A stretch of 64,000 nt of DNA from Lama glama (lineage: Eukaryota). Made by a program: the position numbers and the translations under genes. Under the pieces are notes generated by a model. The model worked only from the letters and a program-made list of their open reading frames with translations, did not search any database and was not told where the DNA came from. Below, piece by piece: positions 15,501-25,600 of the stretch. The first letter of the stretch is position 1, and every line of letters starts with the position of its first letter. The stretch lies in assembly GCA_028534125.1 (NCBI GenBank), contig CM052817.1:29080001-29144000 (forward strand), in the 5' to 3' direction.

Positions 15501-18500
15501 TTGTTGGAAAGTTAGATCTTTGATGGGGGTGGTGGAAGGGTATGAGAGGAGACAGAAAAAAGATACTTTGAAAAGAAAAAAATATAATTTCTTGGGAAAT
15601 ATAATGTTTCTCACTTGGACACTTTTCCCTGTTAGTTTTGATTACGAAGATGCAGGCTACCAGACGGCAGAACTTGTAAAAATGGATATTTTGTTGAATG
15701 GAAATATTGTAGAAGAGCTAGTAACTGTTGTACACAAGTAAGTCAAATAGAAACTAATCTTGGGATGTGAAAGTAACCACTCTTGACATGTTTTCATTTA
15801 ACTGTCAGTTGCTCATTTTTACTTGACAGCTACATTTTGAAAAATTAAAGTAATTAAATTACCATGTACTAGTTTTTCCTTCCATTCTTTTCCCAAGCTT
15901 CTCTTTCCAAACTTAAAATATAAAAGAATAGAATTAATTATAGTAGCCAAAAAGAATAATGTCATGGAAGGAAATGTTTCCCTTATCGGGTAAGACAAAG
16001 TAAATGTGTTTTAACATTTTATTTATGTATTTCTTTAATTGTATTTTAACATTTATATTTTATAATAATGAAAAATGAAATCCCCTACATGTTCAGGAAA
16101 TAGTGGATTGGTTAATATAAATTATGGAGCACCCATATAATAATTTATCTTAAGCCACTAAAACTATATTGTCCAGTAATATTTAGTGACATAAAAAATG
16201 TATTAAATAAAAAGGTAGAATATATCATAGCAGTATGTCACAAGCTGTAAAAGGTAATTAAATATGTATGCAGAAAAATAACTAGAAGAATGGAAATGTG
16301 TTTAACAAACATTCTAAGATGTTTAACAGCACTATTCTGAGGGTGGGAGAAGGACCTCAAGAATGGTTTTTATTCTCAGTGTTTCTCTAGATTTTCTGTT
16401 ATAGATCATGTTTTTGCAGTATGATTCAGAGAGTAAGTGAAGTTTATGATAAATATGTTCATTTGTACCTCCTTAAGAAATCACCTTAAATTGATTATGT
16501 ATATCAATTTGAAAGCTATTTTAATTATTCTTATTTGGGATATGTGAAAAGTTGAATTTTGTCCTCTCTTAGAGACAAAGCGCACACTGTTGGCAAAGCC
16601 ATATGTGAACGTCTGAAGGATTCTCTTCCTCGGCAGCTGTTTGAGATAGCAATTCAAGCTGCCATTGGAAGTAAAATCATTGCAAGAGAAACGTGAGTTG
16701 AAATTCATTTTTGTTCCCTGGTTGGTTTTAGCAGTGATATACCTAGAAAAATGAAAGAATATTGAAAAATTTAATTTGACATTGGCCTAAACTTTATTTC
16801 TACTTATAAAAACACTAATCTGACTCTTAATTCCACTAACCTAAGTAATGACTGTTACTTTGAATTACTTATATGACACTTCTGGGTGATGATTATTTAC
16901 ATTAATATAACTTATATGGGTTTGAGGAATTTTATTTGCATTCATTTTATTGAATGACCCCACTGAATTTCCTGGGTAATGGATTTCTGTAGTTTTTGAT
17001 TTTTTTTTAATCCCTTTAATTAATAGGAACCAGAATTCAAAAGGTTTTGGAGATATTTTTCCAAAAGATAAAACTACATTATGATTTTTACTTGCATTTA
17101 ATATCACTTCCTTAGAGCTAGTTAGGTTGTAAATTGGAAAGGTGAGAGAAGAATGCTGATACCATGTTAGGCTTTGGGAGTTTGCATTCTAGATTAGGGA
17201 CTTACCATGTGATACAGCAGACATGGTGATAGGCTACTCAGTGTAGGAAACACTATAGTCTTTCATGAAACGTGATGTATAAATCAGAACATGGAATAAG
17301 CTGCACTCCTAGTAACAGTAAGTGCAGAAGTATCTTGTAGCATTTCTCATTTCGTTTCCTTGATGATCTTAAGACTCTGGAAAGTCAGAATTATCTTAGT
17401 TGGAAATTGCTGTTCAAGTCTAGCTTAACCCAAACCTAATATATCAGTAGTGGTGAAATACAACCATCATTTTTATATATAGTCTTGGGATAAATGTTAT
17501 GCCTCTATTTGCAAAGAATTTCATTTCCTAACAGCATTTTGCTTTAGTTATTTTGTGTTTCATGAATACTCAGATATTAGAATGGTGTTGGTAACCAGGG
17601 AACATCCAGGAAAGTGCAATTTAAAATAATTATTACCAAGTATCATTCTAACTTAAATGTGTTGAGGTAGAGAATACCTTAAAGAAAAAGAATGTTGTAT
17701 CTTCTTATGGAATACATAAAAATGCACCTATTTTCAAATTTTTGATCCTCTAAATTTTTCAGATAAATTATAAAAATAGATTAATTATAGCTGCTTTGAT
17801 GGATATAGTTTACTGTGAAATGGGTTTTATAAAAGTAATATGTTTTTCTTTATATTCCTTAGTCACTCTTGACTCAGAATCAGTGGAGTTAGTAATGAGA
17901 TAATAATGATTTTAAATTAATTTTTTTAGAAATAGTAGTGGTAGTAGTATTTTTAGGTTGAACTGGAAATGACCTTGTATAATTCTTGTAATTAAGATCA
18001 CACCATGCTCGAATTTGGCCTCATCAAGACTACCCACAAGCCTTGACCTTTTTTTATTCTTAATAAAGTATATATTGATAGTCATGTTGAATTCATTTTT
18101 TGTTTTGTACTAATTACATGAAAATAAATACAATAGCATTTGAGCTATCTAATTATTTGCTTATGGCAATTTTACATGGGTATGACTTGATCTTAATATC
18201 CTTAGTAAAGAGAAGGTTGTTTTTTGAAATAAGTACTTTTAACTGGTATAATTAAGTTACGTACTGATACAGATTTCCTCTTTTACAGTGTGAAAGCCTA
18301 TAGGAAAAATGTTCTGGCAAAATGCGTACGTATATGCACGTGTTTCACTTTGTAACAGTGTATCTATTTTGTACGTTTAAAATCAAGTGGGGAATAATAA
18401 ATACATTGGTTTCCATTGTTGGTTTTTATAATACCCTTTATTTCATGCCCACATTTTCTTTTTTTGTTTGTTTCTTTTAGTTTTTTGGGGGGGAGGGAAG

Positions 18501-19434
18501 GCAATTAGGTTTACTTATTTATTACTATTTTATTTAATGGTGGAACTGAGGATTGAACCCAGGACCTCATGCATGCTAATAAGCACTCTATTCTACCACT
18601 GAGCTCTACCCTCCCCCACGTTTTCTTTTTAAATAGGTAAATTTCAGCTTGACCATACTGATAGCATATTCATTTTGATCACATTCTTAAATATTTCCCA
18701 TCTTACTTATAAAAATTTCCTTATATGCAATACTACCCAAGAACCTTTTGTTAACAATTATGATCAGGATAAAAGTTCTATTGATTTAATACATAAGGAA
18801 AGATTTTAAAGACAATGACTGTTTTACAAAGGGAATTGAAATTGAAATCCATCTCTCTCACACTGCCAAGTTTACTATTTCATCTCTTTTATAAAAATGA
18901 TTCTTAAGTCAGTTATTATGAGAATTAAATCATAAATGCTTTTTCTAGGGATTGGCACATTGAAGCCTAGGTGAGTTCCTGTATCAGACTACACTAGGTA
19001 GTCCAGAATTTCAAGCCCTTGAATCAGTAAGGAGATTGATAACTCTTCCTGTACATGCATACTGGGTTTCCTTGAGGATCTTTGTCTCTATCTTAAAAAA
19101 ATAAAGCCTTTATCATTCTTTGAGAAGATAGTAAAATTAAGCTCTGCTAGGAAGGGGATTGGAGGTAATTCTGCAGATGTCTACTTTATGGGTAATAATT
19201 GTAAGGTGCTTATAATTGTATTGCTGTGTCTAGGTAATGGTGGGATTATTTTCTGTGGAGTGATTTGGATTTCCAATTTTTTAAATTTTGTTTCAGTATG
19301 GTGGTGATATTACCCGAAAAATGAAACTTTTGAAGAGACAAGCAGAAGGAAAGAAAAAACTGAGGAAGGTTGGCAATGTTGAAGTTCCAAAAGATGCTTT
19401 TATAAAAGTTCTGAGAACACAATCTGATAAATAA
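425..19434 (+). CDS. GUF1: GUF1 / mitochondrial translation factor EF4 (LepA homolog); spliced CDS, exons 2-17 (5' exon outside the window)
   Basis: 16 AG/GT-bounded exons sum to 1845 nt (614 aa + TAA) with consistent phases. GTPase motifs: G1 AHVDHGKS, G2 RGIT, G3 DTPG, G4 NKID, G5 SAK. Also GFLGLLHME and the LepA C-terminal [14 protein letters not shown]. Confidence 0.98.
683..831 (+). CDS. GUF1: GUF1 exon 3 (149 nt)
   Basis: atag|GGACA...ACCG|gtaagt; [29 protein letters not shown]...LNLIDTP. Confidence 0.96.
1112..1192 (+). CDS. GUF1: GUF1 exon 4 (81 nt)
   Basis: tcag|GGCCAT...GAG|gtagg; [27 protein letters not shown]. Confidence 0.96.
2049..2126 (+). CDS. GUF1: GUF1 exon 5 (78 nt)
   Basis: ttag|GGTATT...AAG|gtaat; [26 protein letters not shown]. 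Confidence 0.96.
2224..3114 (-). mobile_element. Tigger2-family (TcMar-Tigger) internally deleted DNA transposon
   Basis: Both ends resemble the TIR CAGTTGACCCTTGAACAAC (GAGTTGACATTTAAACATC ... GTTATTCAAGAGTTAACTG) followed by TA; Tigger2-like internal motif TAACTTTTGACTCCCC. Confidence 0.8.
3815..3898 (+). CDS. GUF1: GUF1 exon 6 (84 nt)
   Basis: caag|ATAGAT...AAG|gtaaa; [28 protein letters not shown]. Confidence 0.95.
4735..6410 (-). mobile_element. L2 LINE relic (approximate)
   Basis: TTCATTCA-type tail followed by a purine-rich L2 body (e.g. TGTTTTGGACAT...TGTTAAACATCCAAGTAGAGAT). Confidence 0.65.
6422..6634 (+). mobile_element. MER20 (hAT-Charlie) MITE
   Basis: CAGTG...TTGGCAATGTCTGGAGAC...GGTGCTACTG...CAGAATTATC...CTG; degenerate 8-bp TSD GTCTAAAG/ATCTAGAA. 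Confidence 0.85.
7220..7284 (+). CDS. GUF1: GUF1 exon 7 (65 nt)
   Basis: ttag|ATTTCT...CTC|gtaaga; [21 protein letters not shown]. Confidence 0.95.
7805..8008 (+). CDS. GUF1: GUF1 exon 8 (204 nt)
   Basis: atag|TCCTAA...ACT|gtaagt; [28 protein letters not shown]...EQPTHK. Confidence 0.96.
8774..8912 (-). mobile_element. 5'-truncated L1 3' stub with target-site duplication
   Basis: TGAAGTATAGTTGATT...GTTTACAGCATTGTAATTCAGT; flanks AAATCCTGTCCATATTCT / AAAGTCTGTCTATATTCT (15/18 identical). Confidence 0.75.
9502..9641 (+). CDS. GUF1: GUF1 exon 9 (140 nt)
   Basis: ttag|ATATGC...CAG|gtgag; [24 protein letters not shown]...KPMVFA. Confidence 0.96.
10767..10890 (+). CDS. GUF1: GUF1 exon 10 (124 nt)
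   Basis: ctag|GGATGT...GAG|gtaag; [26 protein letters not shown]...ALGAGW. Confidence 0.96.
11256..11388 (+). CDS. GUF1: GUF1 exon 11 (133 nt)
   Basis: acag|ATTAGG...AAG|gtact; [34 protein letters not shown]. Confidence 0.96.
12062..12205 (+). CDS. GUF1: GUF1 exon 12 (144 nt)
   Basis: ttag|GAATAT...CAG|gtaat; [16 protein letters not shown]...[10 protein letters not shown]. Confidence 0.96.
13169..13302 (+). CDS. GUF1: GUF1 exon 13 (134 nt)
   Basis: ttag|GCTCGA...TAG|gtaaa; [44 protein letters not shown]. Confidence 0.96.
15636..15737 (+). CDS. GUF1: GUF1 exon 14 (102 nt)
   Basis: ttag|TTTTGA...CAA|gtaagt; [33 protein letters not shown]. Confidence 0.96.
16035..16400 (+). mobile_element. 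Old L1 (L1ME-like) 3' fragment
   Basis: AATAGTGGATTGGTTAATATAAATTATGG...GCCACTAAAA pattern. Confidence 0.5.
16573..16692 (+). CDS. GUF1: GUF1 exon 15 (120 nt)
   Basis: ttag|AGACAA...AAC|gtgagt; [39 protein letters not shown]. Confidence 0.96.
18289..18325 (+). CDS. GUF1: GUF1 exon 16 (37 nt)
   Basis: acag|TGTGAA...TGC|gtacgt; [12 protein letters not shown]; needed to keep the frame. Confidence 0.94.
18464..18617 (-). mobile_element. tRNA-derived SINE, camelid vic-1-like
   Basis: Reverse complement GGGGGAGGGTAGAGCTCAGTGGTAG (A box)...GGTCCTGGGTTCAATCC (B box)...A-rich tail; TSD ACATTTTCTTTTT 18451-18463 / ACGTTTTCTTTTT 18618-18630. Confidence 0.85.
19297..19434 (+). CDS. GUF1: GUF1 exon 17, coding part (138 nt, TAA stop)
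   Basis: tcag|[51 protein letters not shown]. Confidence 0.96.
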   Translation, partial: YGGDITRKMKLLKRQAEGKKKLRKVGNVEVPKDAFIKVLRTQSDK

Positions 19435-19600
19435 TTGATGGGAAAATACAAGGAATTTTCATAAATTAAAAATTGTGTATCCTTTAATTTTTCTTAGTAA
19501 TTTATATATTGAACACAATGGAATTAAAATTAGAAAATTTGCTTGATACTTTCAAGGTTTTCAAGTTTTAAATAACCTCTTGGTTTTTCTTAGAAAGAGA

Positions 19601-19832
19601 GTAGTGGGTAGATAAGAGCTTGGGTTCTGAAGCCATATTTTCCTGGTTTCAGCTTCCTATTCCACGACTCAACTAGGTAAGTAACCTTGGCCAAATTACC
19701 CTCTTTTTATACATTTAGTCTTCATTAAAATCACGATTATTCTATTACTTACCTCTGTAGGCTGTTGTGAAGGTTAAATGAAATATGCTTAAAATATTCA
19801 GGAGACTACATGACAGCATATGCTCAGTGAAA
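19601..19832 (+). mobile_element. MIR SINE in the GUF1 3' UTR
   Basis: GTAACCTTGGCCAAATTAC...TACCTCTGTAGGCTGTTGTGAAGGTTAAATGA core. Confidence 0.75.
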
Positions 19833-20185
19833 TTTGTCTTCAGACATATTCCTTACACTGAAAGGGCCCCATACTTAAGATTCTTTCTGTCTAGTTCATG
19901 CCTGAGATAAAATATTTTCAGTCAGTGTCAACTTGTTAGCTGGATATATTTAGGTGATACATAGGAATCTTTTTAAACAAAGTCAAATAACATAGTGTCT
20001 AGACATGTGCTCTAGTTTTCCATAAAATGTTTGTAAATGTTTGACACTATAGTTTTCATATACATACAAGTTAAAGTAAGGGTGGGGCTGTCTTACTTCT
20101 GATAACTAAAATGCATTTGTGCAAAGTGATAATGTTTGGTATTAGCAGCAGCTGTTATTAATGACAGTTTAATAATTAATGTCTA

Positions 20186-20290
20186 GATTTTGTAGTTGAG
20201 GCGACTGAGCTTGAGAGTAGTTCAGTAACTTACTTAAGGTTACACAGCCAGTAAGTGATTGTCTTACTCCAAAGCATGTGCTTTCTTTAC
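20186..20290 (-). mobile_element. MIR fragment
   Basis: ATTTTGTAGTTGAGGCGACTGAG...TAACTTACTTAAGGTTACACAGCCAGTAAGTG. Confidence 0.7.
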
Positions 20291-20687
20291 TCAGTCACTG
20301 AACAAACCAGAGGACAGACTGTATTATAGTAAGATAAAATAACTTAGCTGTGAGATAAGATTTTTTTCCTCTACCATTATTGCCAGGGGGAAGTTACAAG
20401 TTGGTACCTGGCACATAGTATGCACTACTGCTCTGTAACATCTGGGCTTCATTAGCACGCTTGTGATTTGGACATTTTCCCTTTAGTCTCTGACTTTTTG
20501 GGAAACAGTTTTACTTGAAATAGTAAAAAGTATGTTTTTCAAATTTTTTGCATACCCTTATGTTCTCTCCCCTGGCCACTCTCCCAAACATGGTTTAGAG
20601 TTGTGTGCCTTCTAAGTGTTATCCCCTAGAGGATCTTACATTACTGATTTTTTGCATGCAATGATGTAAACTGAATATTGTAACAGC

Positions 20688-20886
20688 CACCATTTATTGA
20701 GTTTAATATGGGACAGCCACTGTGCTGAGCTCTCTTCCCTCATTCAGTCTGCGTAATAGTGGAGGTACAGGTACTGGTACCATTCTATTTTATGAGGGAA
20801 GAAGCTCAAACTCAAGTATTGCCCAATGTCACAGCTGTAGACAGCTTTTTTTTTTTATCCCCCAAACCCCAATCCTTAGCTACCAT
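20688..20886 (-). mobile_element. MIR fragment
   Basis: CATTTATTGAG...ACTGTGCTGAGC...TTGCCCAATGTCACAGCT. Confidence 0.65.
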
Positions 20887-21249
20887 GCTTTATTGCCTCT
20901 TGTGGAAATATCGTCAATAGGCTTCTTAGTTTTTTTGCTTAACAGCAGCTTAGCTCCTCAGTTAGTGAGCTAAAGTGTTCAGAAAGCAGTTTGCTGTGGA
21001 CCTTAACTACATGGACTTGTAACATCAAGGGCAGTGATACATCTTTTAGACTCCTTTTGTTTCAGCTCGCACATGGAAAGCACAGAAATAACAGATGAGC
21101 TGCACCTGAACAGGTATCCATACCTTCTAAGGTAGTTTGCAGTAACCAGTACTTATTACCAGGTGTGGGACTGGGAGATGATACTGATTCACTATAGTCA
21201 TTTAAATACCATTTGTAACACTATGACTACTAGAACTTCATTATCTAGA

Positions 21250-21300
21250 ATTAAAGCAGCATATTTTGTCCTAACAGTTTTATTTATTTTTTAATTTATT
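21250..21300. terminator. Opposed poly(A) signals: ATTAAA (+) and AATAAA x3 (-)
   Basis: ATTAAA 21250-21255; TTTATT at 21279, 21283 and 21295. Confidence 0.5.
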
Positions 21301-21628
21301 TGCTATTTAAATATTTTAAGGAATTTAACTGTAAATACAATCACATAGGCAACTGAGCAGGCATGTAAGTGATGCTTTGTCTACTAGATAGACTTAGAAA
21401 AGGCAAAATATGCAGAGGAAAAGGAAGCTTTTTTTTTTTTTTAAACTCCCCAAGGAGCACAACTAAGAAATCAGAAACAGAGACATTGTCTTTTAATTTA
21501 AATCTCCTAACTAAATGATGACAACAAAAAGTATATTCCGGCACAGAGCTGCTATGAATTGTTACAGTCTCTTAGATGTATGTTTTCAATTTCACCTCTG
21601 AAAATAAAATTTAGGTAACTTATATTTG

Positions 21629-21679
21629 TTTATTATAAGCTTTATTTGAGTTAAAGATAGAAAACAATATACTTTTATT
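21629..21679 (-). terminator. Cluster of AATAAA signals; candidate proximal GNPDA2 poly(A) site
   Basis: TTTATT on + at 21629, 21641 and 21674, about 0.9-0.95 kb past the GNPDA2 stop. Confidence 0.55.
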
Positions 21680-22582
21680 TGCAATTTAATGATGCGAGTT
21701 AATGGCAATCTAAAATAGCTTACAGTAATTCCTTTTATATTATACTTCATATTATCCTTTTAGACATATATATAAGGAATAAAGCTAATTGTTTATGAAG
21801 TTTAACAGTAATCAGAAAATTTTCTTCAAAAGAATTCCCTATATGTGTGGCTAAGTATAAAGCTCATAATTGCCAAAATACTTACAAGTGCATGAACCCA
21901 AGTCATTAAATAAAAATAAGAGCACATTTGTAAAAAAGTGCTATAGAAGAAGGTGCACAAAAACACGCACTTATATATACTTTCCAAAAGGGTGTAAACT
22001 GTACTTTTAGGCACTGTCATTTCCTCAAATTTTCTGTACCAATATTATATAGCTGGACTTCTGATGTCCAGTTGCTACTGCAGGAAGACAACTAAGGCAA
22101 CCACGTGCAGAAAGCTTGTGTGTGATGCAGAGAAAATATAAAGATAGCATTCCAGAAGTAAAGACTTGTAATGACAGTTGTTTGATACCTGAAAGGCTTC
22201 AAGGGTATTCTTGTGATTAAAAAATTAAAATCTAAGAATGCCTCTGTAGTCATATGAAGGTACTTGATGTACAGAATCTTCACCTTTAAAATCACTTAAT
22301 ATTTGTAAACAGGCAAACATTTCATTTCTGTGCTGTTTTATAGAGTGGCTATGTGGCTTCTGTACTTTATAATAACAAATAGCTGATCAATTGAGAGAGC
22401 CAATTACTTCTCCTAAACCCTAGTATAAAATGGACACATTCTAAGTATGGAATGTTTAACATATATTGGACTTCAAAAATGACATATTCAAAAATTCCCC
22501 AAGTTTTATATTGCATAGCTGAAAATTCATCTATGTATAAAAGTGTTCTGTTCATTCAAGCAGAATTTTGATCCAATCTCCT

Positions 22583-22644
22583 TCAATTTCCTTCTTTCAT
22601 ACTGTATAGTGGATCCACAAGTTTATTGTGCACATGCATTAAAC
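22583..22644 (-). CDS. GNPDA2: GNPDA2 exon 7, coding part (62 nt, TGA stop)
   Basis: taag|GTTTAATG; (G)[19 protein letters not shown]. Confidence 0.96.
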
Positions 22645-25600
22645 CTTAAAGAAAAAAAAGCACAGTTCTAGTTGTATTTCTCATTTTGAACTACATCTCA
22701 TTTACTTTAGAATACAAAAAATTTAATAAGCAGTATATTGGTTCCCATCTGATAACAAAAGTTAAATTTATTTAAAATATGCAAATAGGAATGTTTCAGA
22801 ATGTTAAGTTTTAACTACCTAGCAAATACCAACTTATGAAAACATGGATTTAAAATGGGTACAGGTCCTTTGGGATAATTGTAATTAGGAGTTCTTGTCT
22901 TCAGAACTTCAGCATGACAAGGTAACAAATTTGAATACTGCCTAATTACATCTAAAAGTCTGCTGAGTCTGACCCTCCAGCAGTTAATCTACCAGATTCC
23001 ACTGGGAGAGGTTTACTAAAACAATATAGAAGATAACATATTAAATATTAATTTCCAAGTAAATTTAAATTTCATCTTATAATTGGTATACTTATAAACT
23101 GTCCTTACTAAAGCTTCTTGGGAAGTATCTTCTCATTACTCATGTCTAAATGCACATGTACTGTATTTCTTCAAGGAAAAAAAAATTGTTCCCATTGCTG
23201 AACTAAAGATTTTATATTTTGTAGTTTAAAGAAATCAGTTAAATTTACCAGGTTATTAAGAACATGTTGGCCAGGGAAAAGGGACTCATGATGTGGTTCT
23301 TAGGAAATGAGATTTCTGGATCAAGGAGACAAGGTACTATAGTTAGTAAGATGTTCTTTGTCACGAACGCTGCAAAAGCACTGCAAAATCCAAACTGGGG
23401 AAGAACCAATTTTAAGAGATAAGCAAAGTGACATGCAAAGAGCACTAAAGTATATATGTAGTAAGAGGAAAACCAGAAGAGTCTTAAAAGGAGGGGAGAA
23501 ATAATCTCTAGTGTAACTGAAAGAGAGAATGCTAACTACTTACCAGCCTACTTCAGTGTCTAGTCAGCACCTCAAACTTGTTAACAAGGTTAAGACCCAT
23601 TTTTTCCCTTCTAAACCATTTCTTAAAAATCTTGGTATATGGTGTTACCCTTCAATGAGGTGCTAAAGCCAGACAACTGAAATTCACTGTTGATTTTTTC
23701 TTTCCCTTTTTAATTCAGCCTGGCACTACTTTCAAAATATATCCCAAACTAGCCACTGTTCATCTCCACAGTTACTGCCCTGGTCAAAGCCACTGTCTTC
23801 ACTGTCTCTCTGACTACCAACTCAATACCCTACATTCATCATTTCCCTCTGTCCCATAATAGAATTTCTACACAGCAGGCAATCTAATTTCTTAAAAAAG
23901 ACTACATCATACTATTTCGTTACTTAAAATTCTCCAATTGCTCTGGTCACTTAGAAAATAACTTGGATTTTATTCTTTTGTCTTTGTTTATCCTTCTGGT
24001 CTCACATCCTCTCACTTTCCCCCTTATATGCTATACTAAACACTGGCCTTGCTGCTGTCACCTCAGAAGGTCTAAGCTTGGTTCTATGCCTGGTCTTTAT
24101 ACTTGCTGTCTCATTCAGCCTGGAATGCTCTTCTCCCTGAGCAAAGCATGACTGTCTCCTTTTTGCTTATTATATCTCAGCCTAAATGTCATCCTACAAT
24201 GAATTACTATTTCACTTTCTTTAGAGCAATTTTTAGTCTTAGAAAATGTTTTTCTACTATGTCTCCAACTAGAAACTGAGGGACCTTCAGTTCACTGCCT
24301 GAAGTCCTAGGTCTCTAAAGGTCATGACACATGGAAGTTCAATGAACATGTACCTTAGAAAATCTGTGAAGTTTCAGTGAGATGGCCTCTAGAAGCTTTT
24401 TTTTAAATTTAAAATGAACCTAGAATATAGATTGATAAAAAGGAGACAAGAAAAAGGAAGGATGGAGACAGAGATTCTGTAGTTCAAGGTCCTTAAGGCA
24501 GAAAGGGATCCAGGGCACTGGCAGAATAACTAGACATGAAAGGATGCTTAAGGATGAGGGTGAATTTAGAGTCTTGGAGGTAGGACTGTGGAGAGACTAG
24601 TTAAACCTTCCATGCAGCTGGAGGGAAAGAAGGGTCAAAAGGTTAAAGTGAGTAATGGGAAAAGTTTGAAGACAGAACAAGGAGCACAACTAACCAAGGA
24701 AATGAATGAATCTTCATATAAAAAAATACCAAACGAAGCATAAAAGTGCTTGATTGGTTCTGCCTCCACCTCAGGTGTATGGCAGCCACTTGGCTATCTG
24801 GCCCTATTTGTGAAACGGAGTAATCTCAGTTCAGAGATTCAAAACAGAAAGCAATGTACTAAACATAGTGCATAAAAGTCTTATAATGATGTTTGGTTTG
24901 TATGTCCTAATACTTGAATGTTTCTATGACAGTTCCATAAAGTTAAATAACCCCCCTTCCATGCTTAGAAGTGCTTTGAAGACAAAAAGCCTGTGATAAA
25001 AATCCATGAATATGTGGACAAACCAATGAGTATTTTATTCATTAGACTATCTTATGCAAACTATCCTGGAGGCTGGATTTGAAATATACTGACTTATTGG
25101 CATTTGTTCTTTGCTCAAAAAATGATAAGAATATTTTTCTCAGACTAATAACCTCCCTCCCCCAGTACCTTTTTGGTGCTATAAAGGCTGCTGTTAACTT
25201 TACACCCTCATAGGGACGAGATTAGCTCTTGGATGTTCAAATGCAAGCGTTCTGAGGGGAGCCAGGACAGAAGTAATCCACAAGCATTCTGTCAGTGAGT
25301 ACTCTGTGTGTTCATCGTGGAGGCTAGTTTTCACCTGCACTAGCCCTTTTACCTATGGTCTACATTCTAATATTGGGATTCCCAAGGTTAAAAAAAAAAA
25401 ATCTAAGGTACTAAGTTAAAAAAGTCAAACACTCCATACTGAAACATAACAAAGAAGTTAAACTTAGAATGCAGGAAAACAGCAATAAATACTGAAACCA
25501 TCCCTGACTCTCAGACTGATAACAATTAGAAGCTGTCCATTTGGTAGAAATCAAATGTATCATGGACTCTTAACCCAGATTCCTGGAACACACTAGAGCT

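Noticed and set aside
18326..18331. Unusual donors (GTACGT; also GTATTT at 537 and GTACTC at 11389) as possible U12 introns
   Set aside because: None match the U12 consensus RTATCCTT; they are weak U2-type donors
18540..18617. tRNA-like sequence
   Set aside because: Degenerate stems plus an A-rich tail and TSD make it a SINE, not a tRNA gene
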